Shown: positions 1 through 9,268 of the stretch, one piece after another
Layout of the letters: each line of letters starts with the position of its first letter
Position numbering within the stretch: position 1 is the stretch's first letter
Assembly (NCBI GenBank): GCA_958296175.1
Contig: OY282448.1
Span: forward strand, 1,424,472-1,488,471
Source of the DNA: an uncultured Chloroflexota bacterium
GTDB taxonomy: Bacteria; Chloroflexota; UBA11872
Reading direction: 5' to 3'
DNA length: 64,000 nucleotides
The notes under the pieces: generated by a model
Told to the model about the DNA's origin: nothing
Database searches by the model: none
The model's input: only the letters and a program-made list of their open reading frames with translations
Program-made: the position numbers and the translations under genes

Positions 1-1422
1 CGGCCGGCGCCCCAGGTCGACCCGCCCGTATCCGCGGCCATCCAGCGCACCTGGCCGGCGGTGCGGCAGGCGGCCGCGCGCCCTGACGTCCCGGCCGTGC
101 TGGACATCGTCGACGCCCAGGTGCTGCCGGCCTACCGCGCCCTGCTGGTCAGCGAACGCGAGGCGCAGCGGCAGGCGGCCGCGCAGGCGCGCGCGGGTCC
201 GCCCGCGCCCGACCCGTCGGACCCTGGAACGACGCTCCCGTCGGACGAGTCGGCATCGACCCACGGCGGCGGCGCCGCGCCCGACGATCCCCCGCCAGCC
301 GCGGCCGAGCCGACGGACGCGGGCGGCGCGTCCGCCGCCAGCCCCGCGCGTCCGCGCCCCGGCCAGCGCGGCGATGCAGCGGAGGTTCCGCCCGTCGGCG
401 CGGTGCAGCCGAGCGAACGGCGGCGCGCCGCGCGTGCGCGCGTGCGCGACCGCGTGCTGAGTTCCACCGGCGACTCCTGGCACCCCGGGCTCGTTTCCAT
501 GCTGCAGCGCGGGTCCGGGCCGCGCATCGACTACGACCAGTTCGACTACCTTCGCGCCGTGCGCAAGCTGGAGCCGCTCATTCAGGAATCCATCCACGGC
601 GGCGCGCGCCGGCGCGGGCTGGCGGACATCATGGACCGGCGCAGGCACGGCGCCGTCGACCCCTGGCGCCGCCCGCGCTCGCAGCGCGTTGGCGACAGCG
701 GCGAGATCGACCTGGAACACCCCGAACGCCTGGTCACCGACCCCGCCCAGGCCTTTCTGCGCGGCGTGCGCGTTGCGCGCGACGACCGCCAGCGCGACTT
801 TGCCAACGCCATCCTGCTGGACATCAGCGGCAGCATGGTGCAGCGCGGGTTCCCCACCCGAAAGTTCGACCGGCTGGTGGAGGCCGCCGTCATCTTCATC
901 GAAATCCACGAGCGGCTGCGCATCCCCTACGCCGTGCTCAGCTTCAGCAGCGCCGCCACCGTCCACTGGCGCTTTGCGCAATGCGTGTGGACCTCCGAGC
1001 GCATTCCCTCGTCGTCCAGCTACCGCCCCCGCGACCACAGCCAGGTGTTTCGCGCGTTGTACCGGCTGGACCACCGCGACACCGACGACGCCGGCGCGCT
1101 CGCCCTGGCCCTGCGGCAGACCCTGCCCCAGGCCGGGCTGAAGAGCGTCATCGTGATAACCGACGGCATCAGCAGCGACCCTGCCGAACTGCGCCGCACC
1201 CTGGCCGACATCGACCGCCGCAACCGCAACCTGCCCGCCGACCAGACCCTGCGCGTATTGGCCTTTGGCGTGGGCGTCGTGCGCGACGAGTTCGAACGCG
1301 CCTACGCCCCGCGCGTGGACGGCCGCCCCCTGCGCGCCAGCCACGGCGAAATCGTCTACGACACCAGCCTGCTTCCCACCCTCATCCGCAACGCCGTAGA
1401 CCAGCGCATCCGAGCCGCCTGA
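1..1422 (+). CDS. vWA-domain protein with a low-complexity Pro/Ala linker (5' partial; NorD/CobT/CbbO-like architecture)
   Basis: Frame 1 is open from base 1. MIDAS-type motif LLDISGSM and a later VITDG. Confidence 0.75.
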   Translation, partial: RPAPQVDPPVSAAIQRTWPAVRQAAARPDVPAVLDIVDAQVLPAYRALLVSEREAQRQAAAQARAGPPAPDPSDPGTTLPSDESASTHGGGAAPDDPPPAAAEPTDAGGASAASPARPRPGQRGDAAEVPPVGAVQPSERRRAARARVRDRVLSSTGDSWHPGLVSMLQRGSGPRIDYDQFDYLRAVRKLEPLIQESIHGGARRRGLADIMDRRRHGAVDPWRRPRSQRVGDSGEIDLEHPERLVTDPAQAFLRGVRVARDDRQRDFANAILLDISGSMVQRGFPTRKFDRLVEAAVIFIEIHERLRIPYAVLSFSSAATVHWRFAQCVWTSERIPSSSSYRPRDHSQVFRALYRLDHRDTDDAGALALALRQTLPQAGLKSVIVITDGISSDPAELRRTLADIDRRNRNLPADQTLRVLAFGVGVVRDEFERAYAPRVDGRPLRASHGEIVYDTSLLPTLIRNAVDQRIRAA

Positions 1423-1644
1423 AGCCCCCGCCCCGCTCCCTCTCCCCCCAGCGGTGAACACGCAACCCGCCCCAGGCCAGGCGCCGCTTCCCCCTCGCGC
1501 CTGGGGGCGAGACCGACGGGCTGACGGTGCTTAGGAGCTCTTGCCAGCTTCCCCCTCGCACCCCCAGCCCCCCTCAGGTGCGTCCACTTCAGGTTCCATT
1601 GGATACCGTCGATGGCGCTCTCACCCCCAGGCCCCCAGGTGCGT

Positions 1645-1679
1645 CCCCTCTCCCCAGGGGAGAGGGTTGGGGTGAGGGG
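1645..1679. repeat. REP-like palindrome, family A (CCCTCTCCC-N-GGGAGAGGG-TTGGGGTGAGGG)
   Basis: Inverted repeat plus GGGTGAGGG tail. Near-identical copies at about 25063, 26283, 29745 and 38904. Degenerate copies at 1430-1640. Confidence 0.8.
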
Positions 1680-1727
1680 AAGCGCCAGAGGGGCTGGGCA
1701 GCCGAGTTCAGCGGGCGGCAATGGAGT

Positions 1728-1761
1728 TTTTACAGGAAAACCTGTGAAATATGTGTATACT
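1728..1761 (+). promoter_or_regulatory. Putative operator and -10 box upstream of the sigma factor gene
   Basis: AT-rich patch with inverted repeat TTTTACAGG-AAAA-CCTGTGAAA (8/9 pairs) followed by TATACT at 1756-1761. Confidence 0.45.
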
Positions 1762-1822
1762 CGGCGCGGCGCACGCGAGTGCCGGCGGCGCAGAGCCGCC
1801 GCGGGGAGTGACGAGGGCAGGC

Positions 1823-2791
1823 ATGGCGGAGCAACTGGCGCAGATCGAATCCGGGGGCGCAGGCGCCTGGGCCGACGACCTGGCGCTGCTGGAGCGGCCG
1901 TCCGAGGCTGCCGCGCGCCAGGCGGACGGTGCGCCGCCGCCGCAGGCCGACCTGGACGCGTCCATCGACGACGCCCTGCGGCTGTATCTCAACGAGATCA
2001 ACCGCGTGCCGCTGTTGACCGCGTCCGAAGAAGTGGTGCTGGCCAAGCGTCTCGAAGCCGGGGACGAGTCGGCCCGCCGGGAGCTGGTGGACGCCAACCT
2101 GCGGCTGGTGGTCAACGTGGCCAAGCGCTACGCCACCGGCGGGCTGCCGCTGCAAGACCTGATCCAGGAGGGCAGCCTGGGGCTGATGCAGGCGGCGGAG
2201 CGCTTCGACTGGCGGCGCGGGTTCAAGTTCAGCACCTACGCCACGTGGTGGATCCGCCAGTCCGTCACGCGCGCGCTCTCCAACAATTCGCGCACCATCC
2301 GCCTGCCGGTGCACGTGGTGGAGGCCCTGCGCAAGATTCGCCGCATCACCCCGGAGCTGGCGCTGGTGTACGAGCGCGAACCGACGGCGGCCGAGTTGGG
2401 CCAGGCGCTGGGCATGAACTCCGAGCGCGTGGCCGAAATCGTGCGCGCCGGCCGCACCACCATGTCGCTGGAGCAGCCGGTGGGTGAAGACGGCGACGAG
2501 TCGCTGGCCGACTTCGTGGAAGACCCGAATCCCGACACCGCCGACCGCGCGCTGCTGGCGGATTCCTTGCGCCATGACCTGCGGGAGGCGCTCGCCATCC
2601 TGCCGGAACGCCAGCAGACCATCCTGGTGCGGCGCTTCGGTCTGGACGGACGCCCGCCCTGGACGCTGGATCAGCTGGGCGTGTACTTCGGCGTCACCCG
2701 CGAGCGGGTGCGCCAGCTGCAGGTCGAGGCGCTGCGCAAAGTGAGCACGTCCAGCGCCGCGCGCGGGCTGCGCGACTACCTGGCCGTCTGA
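1823..2791 (+). CDS. RNA polymerase sigma-70 factor (RpoD/RpoS-like, lacks region 1.1)
   Basis: LRLYLNEINRVPLLT, NLRLVVNVAKRY, DLIQEG, KFSTYATWWIRQ and the region 4 motif VTRERVRQ. Confidence 0.95.
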   Translation: MAEQLAQIESGGAGAWADDLALLERPSEAAARQADGAPPPQADLDASIDDALRLYLNEINRVPLLTASEEVVLAKRLEAGDESARRELVDANLRLVVNVAKRYATGGLPLQDLIQEGSLGLMQAAERFDWRRGFKFSTYATWWIRQSVTRALSNNSRTIRLPVHVVEALRKIRRITPELALVYEREPTAAELGQALGMNSERVAEIVRAGRTTMSLEQPVGEDGDESLADFVEDPNPDTADRALLADSLRHDLREALAILPERQQTILVRRFGLDGRPPWTLDQLGVYFGVTRERVRQLQVEALRKVSTSSAARGLRDYLAV

Positions 2792-2805
2792 GCGCGCCCG
2801 CCGAC

Positions 2806-2895
2806 CCGCATCCCCGCGCCCCCGCGGGCGGTTACCCAGCAGCTCCGACGACGGCGGTGCCGAAGGCCGCATCCCCGCGCCCCCGCGGGCGGTTA
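2806..2895. repeat. Two perfect 29-bp direct repeats separated by a unique 32-bp segment
   Basis: CCGCATCCCCGCGCCCCCGCGGGCGGTTA at 2806-2834 and 2867-2895, with an internal hairpin CCCGCG-CCCC-CGCGGG. Confidence 0.85.
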
Positions 2896-4362
2896 TTCGA
2901 TGGGGCGGGCCAGGGCGGCTGGGCGGGGCGGGGGCTGAGGAACGCGGGGCCAGGGGTCGCTGGTGGTTTCCAGCCAGCGGCGCAGGGCGCGGCGGGATTC
3001 GGCCAGCGGCGCCTGGTGGTCGGGGCTGTCGATGCGGTTGTGCACTTCGAGCGGGTCTTCCTGCAGGTCGTAGAGCTCGTCGCTGCCGTCCTGCGACTCC
3101 ACGTACTTCCAGCGCTCCCCCACCCACATGCGCAGCGGGTGCAAAGGGTCGGTCCAGTTCACCGAGTGGAACTCGCCGGCCACGCCCTGGTTGAGCGGCT
3201 CGTCGCCGCCCAGCGCCAGCGCGCCGACGTCCACGCCCTGCAGGTCGGGTGACGGCTGGCCGCCGCACATGCGCACGATGGTGGGGACCAGGTCCACCAG
3301 CGAGACCAGGCGCTGGCAGCGGTGGGGCGATCCCAGGCCGCCGGGCGGCCGGATGACGAGCGGGACGCGCATGAGGTCTTCGTACATCACGGCGCCTTTG
3401 GCGGCCAGCCCGTGGTAGCCCAGCATTTCGCCGTGGTCGGAGAAGAACACGAACAGGGTGTCGTCCCACTTGCCGGCGTCCAGCAGCGCCGTGACCAGGC
3501 GGCCGACCAGATGGTCGACATAGGTCACGGCGCCCCAGTAGGCCGCGCGCATGGCGCGCATGGCGCGCTCGTTCCAGTCGGTGACCACGCGCAGCTGCTC
3601 CGCCTGCCGGTGGGCGAGCAGGGCGGGGCCGCCGGGGTCTTTCCAGGTGGGCGGCAGCTCCATGTCGTCGGGGTCGTAGCTGGAATGGAATGGTTCGGGC
3701 GAGGTATAGGGCGGGTGCGGTTCGTGGCAGGAGTAGACCAGGCAGAACGGCCGGTCGTCCCCGCGGCGGGCGCGCACCCAGTCGGCGGCGTGGTCCATGT
3801 GGAAAAAGGCCGGATGCTGCGCCAGCGGCAGCAGGGAGGGACCCACGCTGGTCGTGCGGTCGTAGCGGGCGGGGTCGGGCTCGAACCCGTGCTCCTTGCC
3901 GCCAATGGGCACGCCAATCTGCCGGGTCAGGCGCAGCACCATGTTCTGGGCGCGGCGGTCCACGTCGATGTCGCCCGAGCCGGACCAGAAGTCGGGGAAG
4001 CCCGGGCGCGCCGCGCCGCTGCCCAGGTGCCACTTGCCCGCGTAGCCGCGCAGGTAGCCCAGCTCGCCCAGGTAATCGCCCAGATTGCGCACCCCCTGCG
4101 GATAGCGCATCAGATCGCACCCCGGCCGCATCTGGTGGTTGGCCACCATGCCGTTGGTGTGCGGATAGAGACCCGACAGCGTGGCCATGCGCGAGGGCGA
4201 GCAGATGGGGTAAGGGCAATAGGCGCGGTGGAACAGCGCGCCGTCGTCGGCGACCCAATCCAGATGCGGCGTGCGGATGCCGGACACGCCGCCGGCGGCG
4301 ATGGTGTCCGCGCGCTGCTGGTCGCTGACGAACAGCACCACGTTCGGCCGGCGGGCGCTCAT
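2893..4362 (-). CDS. Sulfatase-like hydrolase (Cys-type)
   Basis: PNVVLFVSDQQRAD, CSPSR (CxPxR) motif, GKWHLG and FSDHGEMLG. Start placed at MSARRPN. Confidence 0.92.
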   Translation of the reverse strand: MSARRPNVVLFVSDQQRADTIAAGGVSGIRTPHLDWVADDGALFHRAYCPYPICSPSRMATLSGLYPHTNGMVANHQMRPGCDLMRYPQGVRNLGDYLGELGYLRGYAGKWHLGSGAARPGFPDFWSGSGDIDVDRRAQNMVLRLTRQIGVPIGGKEHGFEPDPARYDRTTSVGPSLLPLAQHPAFFHMDHAADWVRARRGDDRPFCLVYSCHEPHPPYTSPEPFHSSYDPDDMELPPTWKDPGGPALLAHRQAEQLRVVTDWNERAMRAMRAAYWGAVTYVDHLVGRLVTALLDAGKWDDTLFVFFSDHGEMLGYHGLAAKGAVMYEDLMRVPLVIRPPGGLGSPHRCQRLVSLVDLVPTIVRMCGGQPSPDLQGVDVGALALGGDEPLNQGVAGEFHSVNWTDPLHPLRMWVGERWKYVESQDGSDELYDLQEDPLEVHNRIDSPDHQAPLAESRRALRRWLETTSDPWPRVPQPPPRPAALARPIE

Positions 4363-4416
4363 CGCCGCGGCCGCCCGTTCGCCCACGGCGCGCGCCTGGC
4401 GGCCGCGGCGGTCACG

Positions 4417-4869
4417 TCAGCCGTCGGCGGCCTCGCGCCAGAGGCGCCAGCCGGCGAACCCGCTGGTCAGCACGTACAGCGGGTTGAAGAACGCCCACAT
4501 CGCCAGGTGGATGTAGACCACGACTTCCGAGATCTCGAAGACCTCGAAGACCTCGGTGCCCGGAAAGTGCGTGCTCAGCCAGTTCCAGAACCACCAGATG
4601 GTCATCACCACCATGGCCATGAACAGCAGGTTGGTGGAAATCCAGGCGCGGTCGACCGGGCCGTCGCCCTGACGGTCCGAGGCCACTTTGGCATGCACGC
4701 TGGCGACGATGGTGATCACGACCGCGACGGCCATGAACCAGTTCAGGATGACCCAGACCGGGTAGTTGGCGCTGGGGTCGTTGTAGACCGGGGTGAGCAT
4801 GAAGTTGAGAGCCGCCAGCGCGGCAATCACGAGGCAGTACGCCCCGCAGATGCGTTTGACCAGGCTCAT
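4417..4869 (-). CDS. Hypothetical membrane protein (about 4 TM helices)
   Basis: 150-aa hydrophobic ORF with protein-like composition (MSLVKRICGAYCLVIAAL...). Confidence 0.7.
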   Translation of the reverse strand: MSLVKRICGAYCLVIAALAALNFMLTPVYNDPSANYPVWVILNWFMAVAVVITIVASVHAKVASDRQGDGPVDRAWISTNLLFMAMVVMTIWWFWNWLSTHFPGTEVFEVFEISEVVVYIHLAMWAFFNPLYVLTSGFAGWRLWREAADG

Positions 4870-5148
4870 ATCGACCGTCCGTGGCTTCCGCCCGAGCGTG
4901 GCAAGCGTACCGAATGGCGCGCGGGTCGTGCAGAGATTGGCGCGGCAGACCGCCGCCGTCCGCACCCGGGTGCCGGCGCAGTCGAGCACGGACCGGCCCG
5001 CCCGCCAGAACCCGGCGCCTGCGCGCACGTGGCTGGCGGCGCCTCTGACGCCATACCCGCACCCATGGCATCCCGGCTCCTGCGCACGCATGGCCGGCGG
5101 CGGCCCACCTGAAAGCTGGACGCAGCGTCCGCCCCGGCCGCCGCGCAG

Positions 5149-5802
5149 TTACTCCTGCTCCGCGGCGGCAGCCGTCCAGTCCGCAGCGGCGCGCGCCGCC
5201 TCGGCCACCACTTCCACGGCGGTCTTGCCGCTGCGCCTGAGGGTTTGGAACGAGTGATCCGCGCCGTCCAGCACGTGCAGGCGCACGCGGGGCGCCAGCG
5301 CGGCCGCCGCGCGGCGCAGCAGCTCCAGGTCGGCCAGCCGGTCGCGCGAGCCGTTGAGCAGCAGCACCGGAACCGGCACCGCGTCCAGATGCCGCGCGCG
5401 CGCCGTGCCGGGTCGGCCCGCGGGATGCAGAGGGAAGGCGAAGGCGGCGATGCCGGCCAGACCCTCGATCGGCGCCTGCGCGGCCGCCAGCGTGGTCATG
5501 CGGCCGCTCATGGAATGGCCGCCGGCAAAGCAGGGCAGGTCCGGCGCGGCGCTTCGGGCGGCCGCAATGGCCGCCCGCACGGCCGCCAGGCGCGTGCGCT
5601 CGCCGTCCATGCCGCCGCGGCCGGCTTCGGAATACGGATAGTTGTAACGAAACGAGGCGGCGCCGGCCGCGGCCAACGCGTCGGCCAGGCGCTGCATGAA
5701 CGGGTGCCGCAGATGCGTGCCCGCGCCGTGGCCCAGCGCCAGCAGCGCGCGGGCGCCGGCGGGCCGCTGCAGCAGCGACGACACCTCGCCGCGCCCGGGC
5801 AC
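5149..5802 (-). CDS. Alpha/beta hydrolase family protein
   Basis: ALGHGAG, nucleophile elbow GGHSMSG, FPLHPAG, GSRD and ADHSF. Confidence 0.85.
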   Translation of the reverse strand: MPGRGEVSSLLQRPAGARALLALGHGAGTHLRHPFMQRLADALAAAGAASFRYNYPYSEAGRGGMDGERTRLAAVRAAIAAARSAAPDLPCFAGGHSMSGRMTTLAAAQAPIEGLAGIAAFAFPLHPAGRPGTARARHLDAVPVPVLLLNGSRDRLADLELLRRAAAALAPRVRLHVLDGADHSFQTLRRSGKTAVEVVAEAARAAADWTAAAAEQE

Positions 5803-5831
5803 GGCAAACGACCCCGGCGTCCGAACGGCGG

Positions 5832-7223
5832 CTATGGCGCAGCGCCCCCGCGGTCCAGCTCCGCAGCCGCGCGTCCGCCGTAACGGCGCAGGGCCTGCGC
5901 CACGTCTTCGCGCCCGCCCGCCAGCGCGCGGTCGACCTGCGTATGGCCGTCCGCGTCGCGGCGGTTCGGCTCGCAGCCGGCCGCCGCCAGCAGCTCGACG
6001 GTGCGCACGTAGTCACCCTTGGGGTCGCGAAAGCTGTGCGCTCCCCACACCGCCGCGGACAGCGGCGCGCCTCCGAAGGCGTTGACGGCCTCGAGCGGCG
6101 GGTCGTATTCGAGCAGCAGCGCCGCGAGGTCGGCGTAACCTCGCACGGCGGCGCGGTCCAGCGGGGTTGCGTCGTCGTCGCCGCGTGCGTCGACCGGGAA
6201 GCCGATCTCCAGCATGAGCGCTGCGCCGTCCAGGTTGCCCAGCCAGGCGGCGTCGCACAGCGCACGCGCGTCGTCGGGTCCAAGCGCCGCGGCCAGGTTC
6301 GGGTGCTGCTCGACCAGCGCGGCGGCCGCGGCGCGGTCGCCGATCCAGGCGGCGTGAATCAGCCGCTCGGACGGCGCGGCGCGTTCCCGCAGGCGGCGCG
6401 CGAACTCGTGATGCCCGCGCGAACTGGCGAACGGCAGCGGGCGCATGCCCACGCCCATGCGGTAGACGTACACGTGGCCGCCGGGCGGCCGGGCGGCCAG
6501 GTGCGGCCCGTGATTGCTGCGCGAACCGAGCGCGGCGGGATGCTCGGCCAACACACGCTCGGCCAGCCCCAGATCGCCCAGGGCGCAGGCGATGAAGATG
6601 TCGGGCGCGGCCCCCCGCTCGATCAGTCGCCGGCAGACCGCAGGCGTGTCGATGGCCCATTGCGCGGGGGTGGCGCCGTGGTCCAGGTCGCGAATCTCCG
6701 GATCGGCGCCGCGCTCCAGCAGCAGATCCACGACCGGCGGCGTGCGCGCCAGATGCAGCGGCGTTGCCCCGTCGCGGCCGCGGGCGTTGGCCAGGTCGGG
6801 CCGCGCATCCAGCCGCCGCAGCAGCGTGTCGGCGTCGCCCAGGTTGGCGGCGGCGTGCGCGTCCACCCGCAGACCGCGGCGGCGCAGGTCGGCGAACAGG
6901 TCGGTCGTGATCGGCGCGCCGTCCGCGCGCCGTCCGCAGACCCAGAGCTCGATCTTGTCGCCGTGCAAGACGCCCGAACCGCCCAGGTTCCAGCCCGAGC
7001 GCGCGTTCACGTCCGCCCCCGCCGCCGCCAGGACGGCGACCATCGCGCCGTCGCCTCGCTCGCTGGCTTCCACAATGGCCGGCGCCTCGAAATACCCCCA
7101 GGGTTCGTCCAGGCGCGCGCGCAGCCAGGCGTCCGCGTCCAGCATCGCGCGCATGGCTGCCGCGTCGCCGCCGCGCAGGGTCGCCAGGAACCGGCGGACG
7201 CGCGCCTCGTGTTCAGCCGTCAG
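5832..7223 (-). CDS. Ankyrin-repeat protein (start uncertain, 7154-7252)
   Basis: Repeated ankyrin motifs GATPLHLA, GATPAQWA, DATPLDRAAVRG and GGAPLSAAVWG. Confidence 0.85.
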   Translation of the reverse strand: MTAEHEARVRRFLATLRGGDAAAMRAMLDADAWLRARLDEPWGYFEAPAIVEASERGDGAMVAVLAAAGADVNARSGWNLGGSGVLHGDKIELWVCGRRADGAPITTDLFADLRRRGLRVDAHAAANLGDADTLLRRLDARPDLANARGRDGATPLHLARTPPVVDLLLERGADPEIRDLDHGATPAQWAIDTPAVCRRLIERGAAPDIFIACALGDLGLAERVLAEHPAALGSRSNHGPHLAARPPGGHVYVYRMGVGMRPLPFASSRGHHEFARRLRERAAPSERLIHAAWIGDRAAAAALVEQHPNLAAALGPDDARALCDAAWLGNLDGAALMLEIGFPVDARGDDDATPLDRAAVRGYADLAALLLEYDPPLEAVNAFGGAPLSAAVWGAHSFRDPKGDYVRTVELLAAAGCEPNRRDADGHTQVDRALAGGREDVAQALRRYGGRAAAELDRGGAAP

Positions 7224-7368
7224 GGTGCGCAGGGGGGAGCTGATTCGATCATGGCGCCCCAGGGTACGGCGGGCGGGCGCGATTCGCCTCGAACCGTTCG
7301 AAGGTGGTAAGGTTGCCGCGCATTGGAAGCCGCTCTTGACAGACGTAGCGGCTGATGGGAGGGAATCA

Positions 7369-8990
7369 ATGGTCCGAGCAATGTCGCGCCGGCACGTGCT
7401 GCGCGGAGCAGCGGTTGGCGCTGCGGGGGTGACGGGCGCGGCCGTGCTGGCGGCCTGCGGCGAGGCCGAGGCCCCCCAGATCATCACGCAGGAAGTCCCG
7501 GTCGAGAAGACCGTGATCAAGGAAGTCCCCGTCGAACGAATCGTGCGGGAAACCGAGATCAAGGAAGTTCCGGTCGAGCGCATCGTCACGCAAGAGAAGA
7601 TCGTGACGCAGCGCGTCGAGGTCCCGGTCGAGCGCGTGGTCACGCGCACGGTCACGGTCGAGAAGATCGTGGAAGCCGCGCCGCAGACGCGCACGGTCAA
7701 GATCGAGCACGCCACCGACCACTCCTCGGGGCCGCGCGGCGCCGCCATGCAGTGGGCCATCGAGCAGTTCGCCGTGCAGCGCCCCGACATCAAGGTGAAG
7801 TTCATCCCGCAGGACCACATCTACTACGAGAAGATCGCCATCGAGGCGGTTGCGGGCACGCTGTCCGAAACGAACCTGCTCAACGGCGTGTCGTTCCAGC
7901 AGTTCGCCGGCGCGGGCATCTGGCTGGAGATCGACGACATCCTGGCCAAGAAGGCCGAATACGATCCGGAGAACTACTACTTCCAGCCGGACATCTACTC
8001 GGACAACAGGGACCAGAGCTTTCCGTACGACTCCACCCGCCTGCAGGGGCCGTTGTACGGGTTGCCCTATCAGGGCGCGATCGGCGGCATGGCCTACAAC
8101 GTGACCATGTTCGACGCGGCCGGCGCCAACCATCCCGAAGAGGGCTGGCGCTACAGCGACCTGCTGGAAGAGATGCGCAAGCTGCGCGACCCGGAGGCCG
8201 GCGTGTACGGGATTCGCGCCACGCGCTCCGAACAGTTCCAGGTCTTCCCGCAGATGTACGGCTACAACAACGGCCAGGCGCGGGTGATGGGACCGGACGG
8301 GCACCAGATCTGGGGCCGCCCATCGATGACGGCTGGCGCGGCTGGGCAGACATCGTGGACTACATCTACAAGGAAGACGTGTCCTACACCCCCGAAGAGC
8401 GCAGCGGGCTGGCCGGCGAGTTTGGCGACCCGTTCTCGGCCGGCACGCAGGCAGTGGAGATCGGCGGCATCGTCTACAGCACCGGCTTCCGCGCCCCCCG
8501 CATCAAGGACCGCTTCCAGTGGTCGCTGGCGCCCATGCCCTGGGGCGAGAACACCGACCACGCCAACTTCGAGTGGAACGACCAGCCGCACATCGTGGCG
8601 AGCACCGCCACGGTGACGGGCGTGGAAGAGCAGGCCGTGGACTGGACCTACTTCCTGGCCGGGCCAGACGTGCAAGGCCGCGTGTCCATCGACCGCGGGC
8701 ATCTGCCGCTCTGGAAGGGCATCGAGGACCTGCCGGCCGCCACGGCCGGGCCGCCCGAGGGCCTGCATCACCTGTACGACTACATTGCCAGCCCGCACTT
8801 GCGGGCCATGCAGTGGTACGTGCCCGGCGGCTTCTACTCCGAAGTTCGCGCACTCTGGCGGCCCATCATGGACGCCGCCCTGGTGGGCGAAATGTCGGCG
8901 CAGGAATCGTTGGACACCGCCAGCGCACAGGTCAACGAGCAGCTGCGGAAGTTCCAGGACGCGCTGAGCAGGGGCGAAGTCGACCGCTAA
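7369..8990 (+). CDS. ABC transporter substrate-binding lipoprotein (Tat signal, carbohydrate-SBP-like) with a single-base frameshift at about 8312-8315
   Basis: RBS GGGAGGG, SRRHVL...LAAC twin-arginine lipobox and EVPVE repeats. Coding signal moves from ORF 6514..8616 to ORF 7752..8990 at TGGGGCCG. Confidence 0.85.
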
Positions 8991-9027
8991 GCGCTCGCCC
9001 TGCGCTGCGCACGGAACCACCGTGCGG

Positions 9028-9058
9028 CCGAGGCCCCCGCCAACGGCGGGGGCCTCGG
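9028..9058 (+). terminator. Strong hairpin after the SBP gene
   Basis: CCGAGGCCCCCGCC-AAC-GGCGGGGGCCTCGG, a perfect 14-bp stem. No U-tract. Confidence 0.55.
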
Positions 9059-9093
9059 TCATGTCAGGCGCCCGTCTCCGCACTCTGTGGCGC

Positions 9094-9268
9094 GCGCCTG
9101 CGGGGCGTTGGTGGGCCGGACCGCTGACCTTCGGCGCCACGCGCCCCGTTCCCGCGCCTGCGGGGTGCTGAATGTGGCGTTCCCGTTCCCGCGCCTGCGG
9201 GGTGCTGGTACGACGGGCGCAGGGACGCTGAATGCGGCGTTCCCGTTCCCGCGCCTGCGGGGAGTGCT
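9094..9268. repeat. Cluster of four GCGCCTGCGGGG-core hairpin repeats
   Basis: Cores at 9094, 9154, 9191 and 9251. The longer unit CCCGTTCCCGCGCCTGCGGGG(A)GTGCTG occurs three times. Confidence 0.8.

Noticed and set aside
2806-2895. Calling this a bona fide CRISPR array
   Set aside because: Only two repeats, no leader, no cas genes in the window, and the repeat overlaps a stop codon. Kept as a repeat and a finding.
7336-7341. TTGACA upstream of the SBP gene as a promoter
   Set aside because: No recognisable -10 box at 16-18 bp spacing.
5832-7820. Full 662-aa ORF as the ankyrin protein
   Set aside because: The first 190 aa or so are the antisense shadow of the SBP gene.
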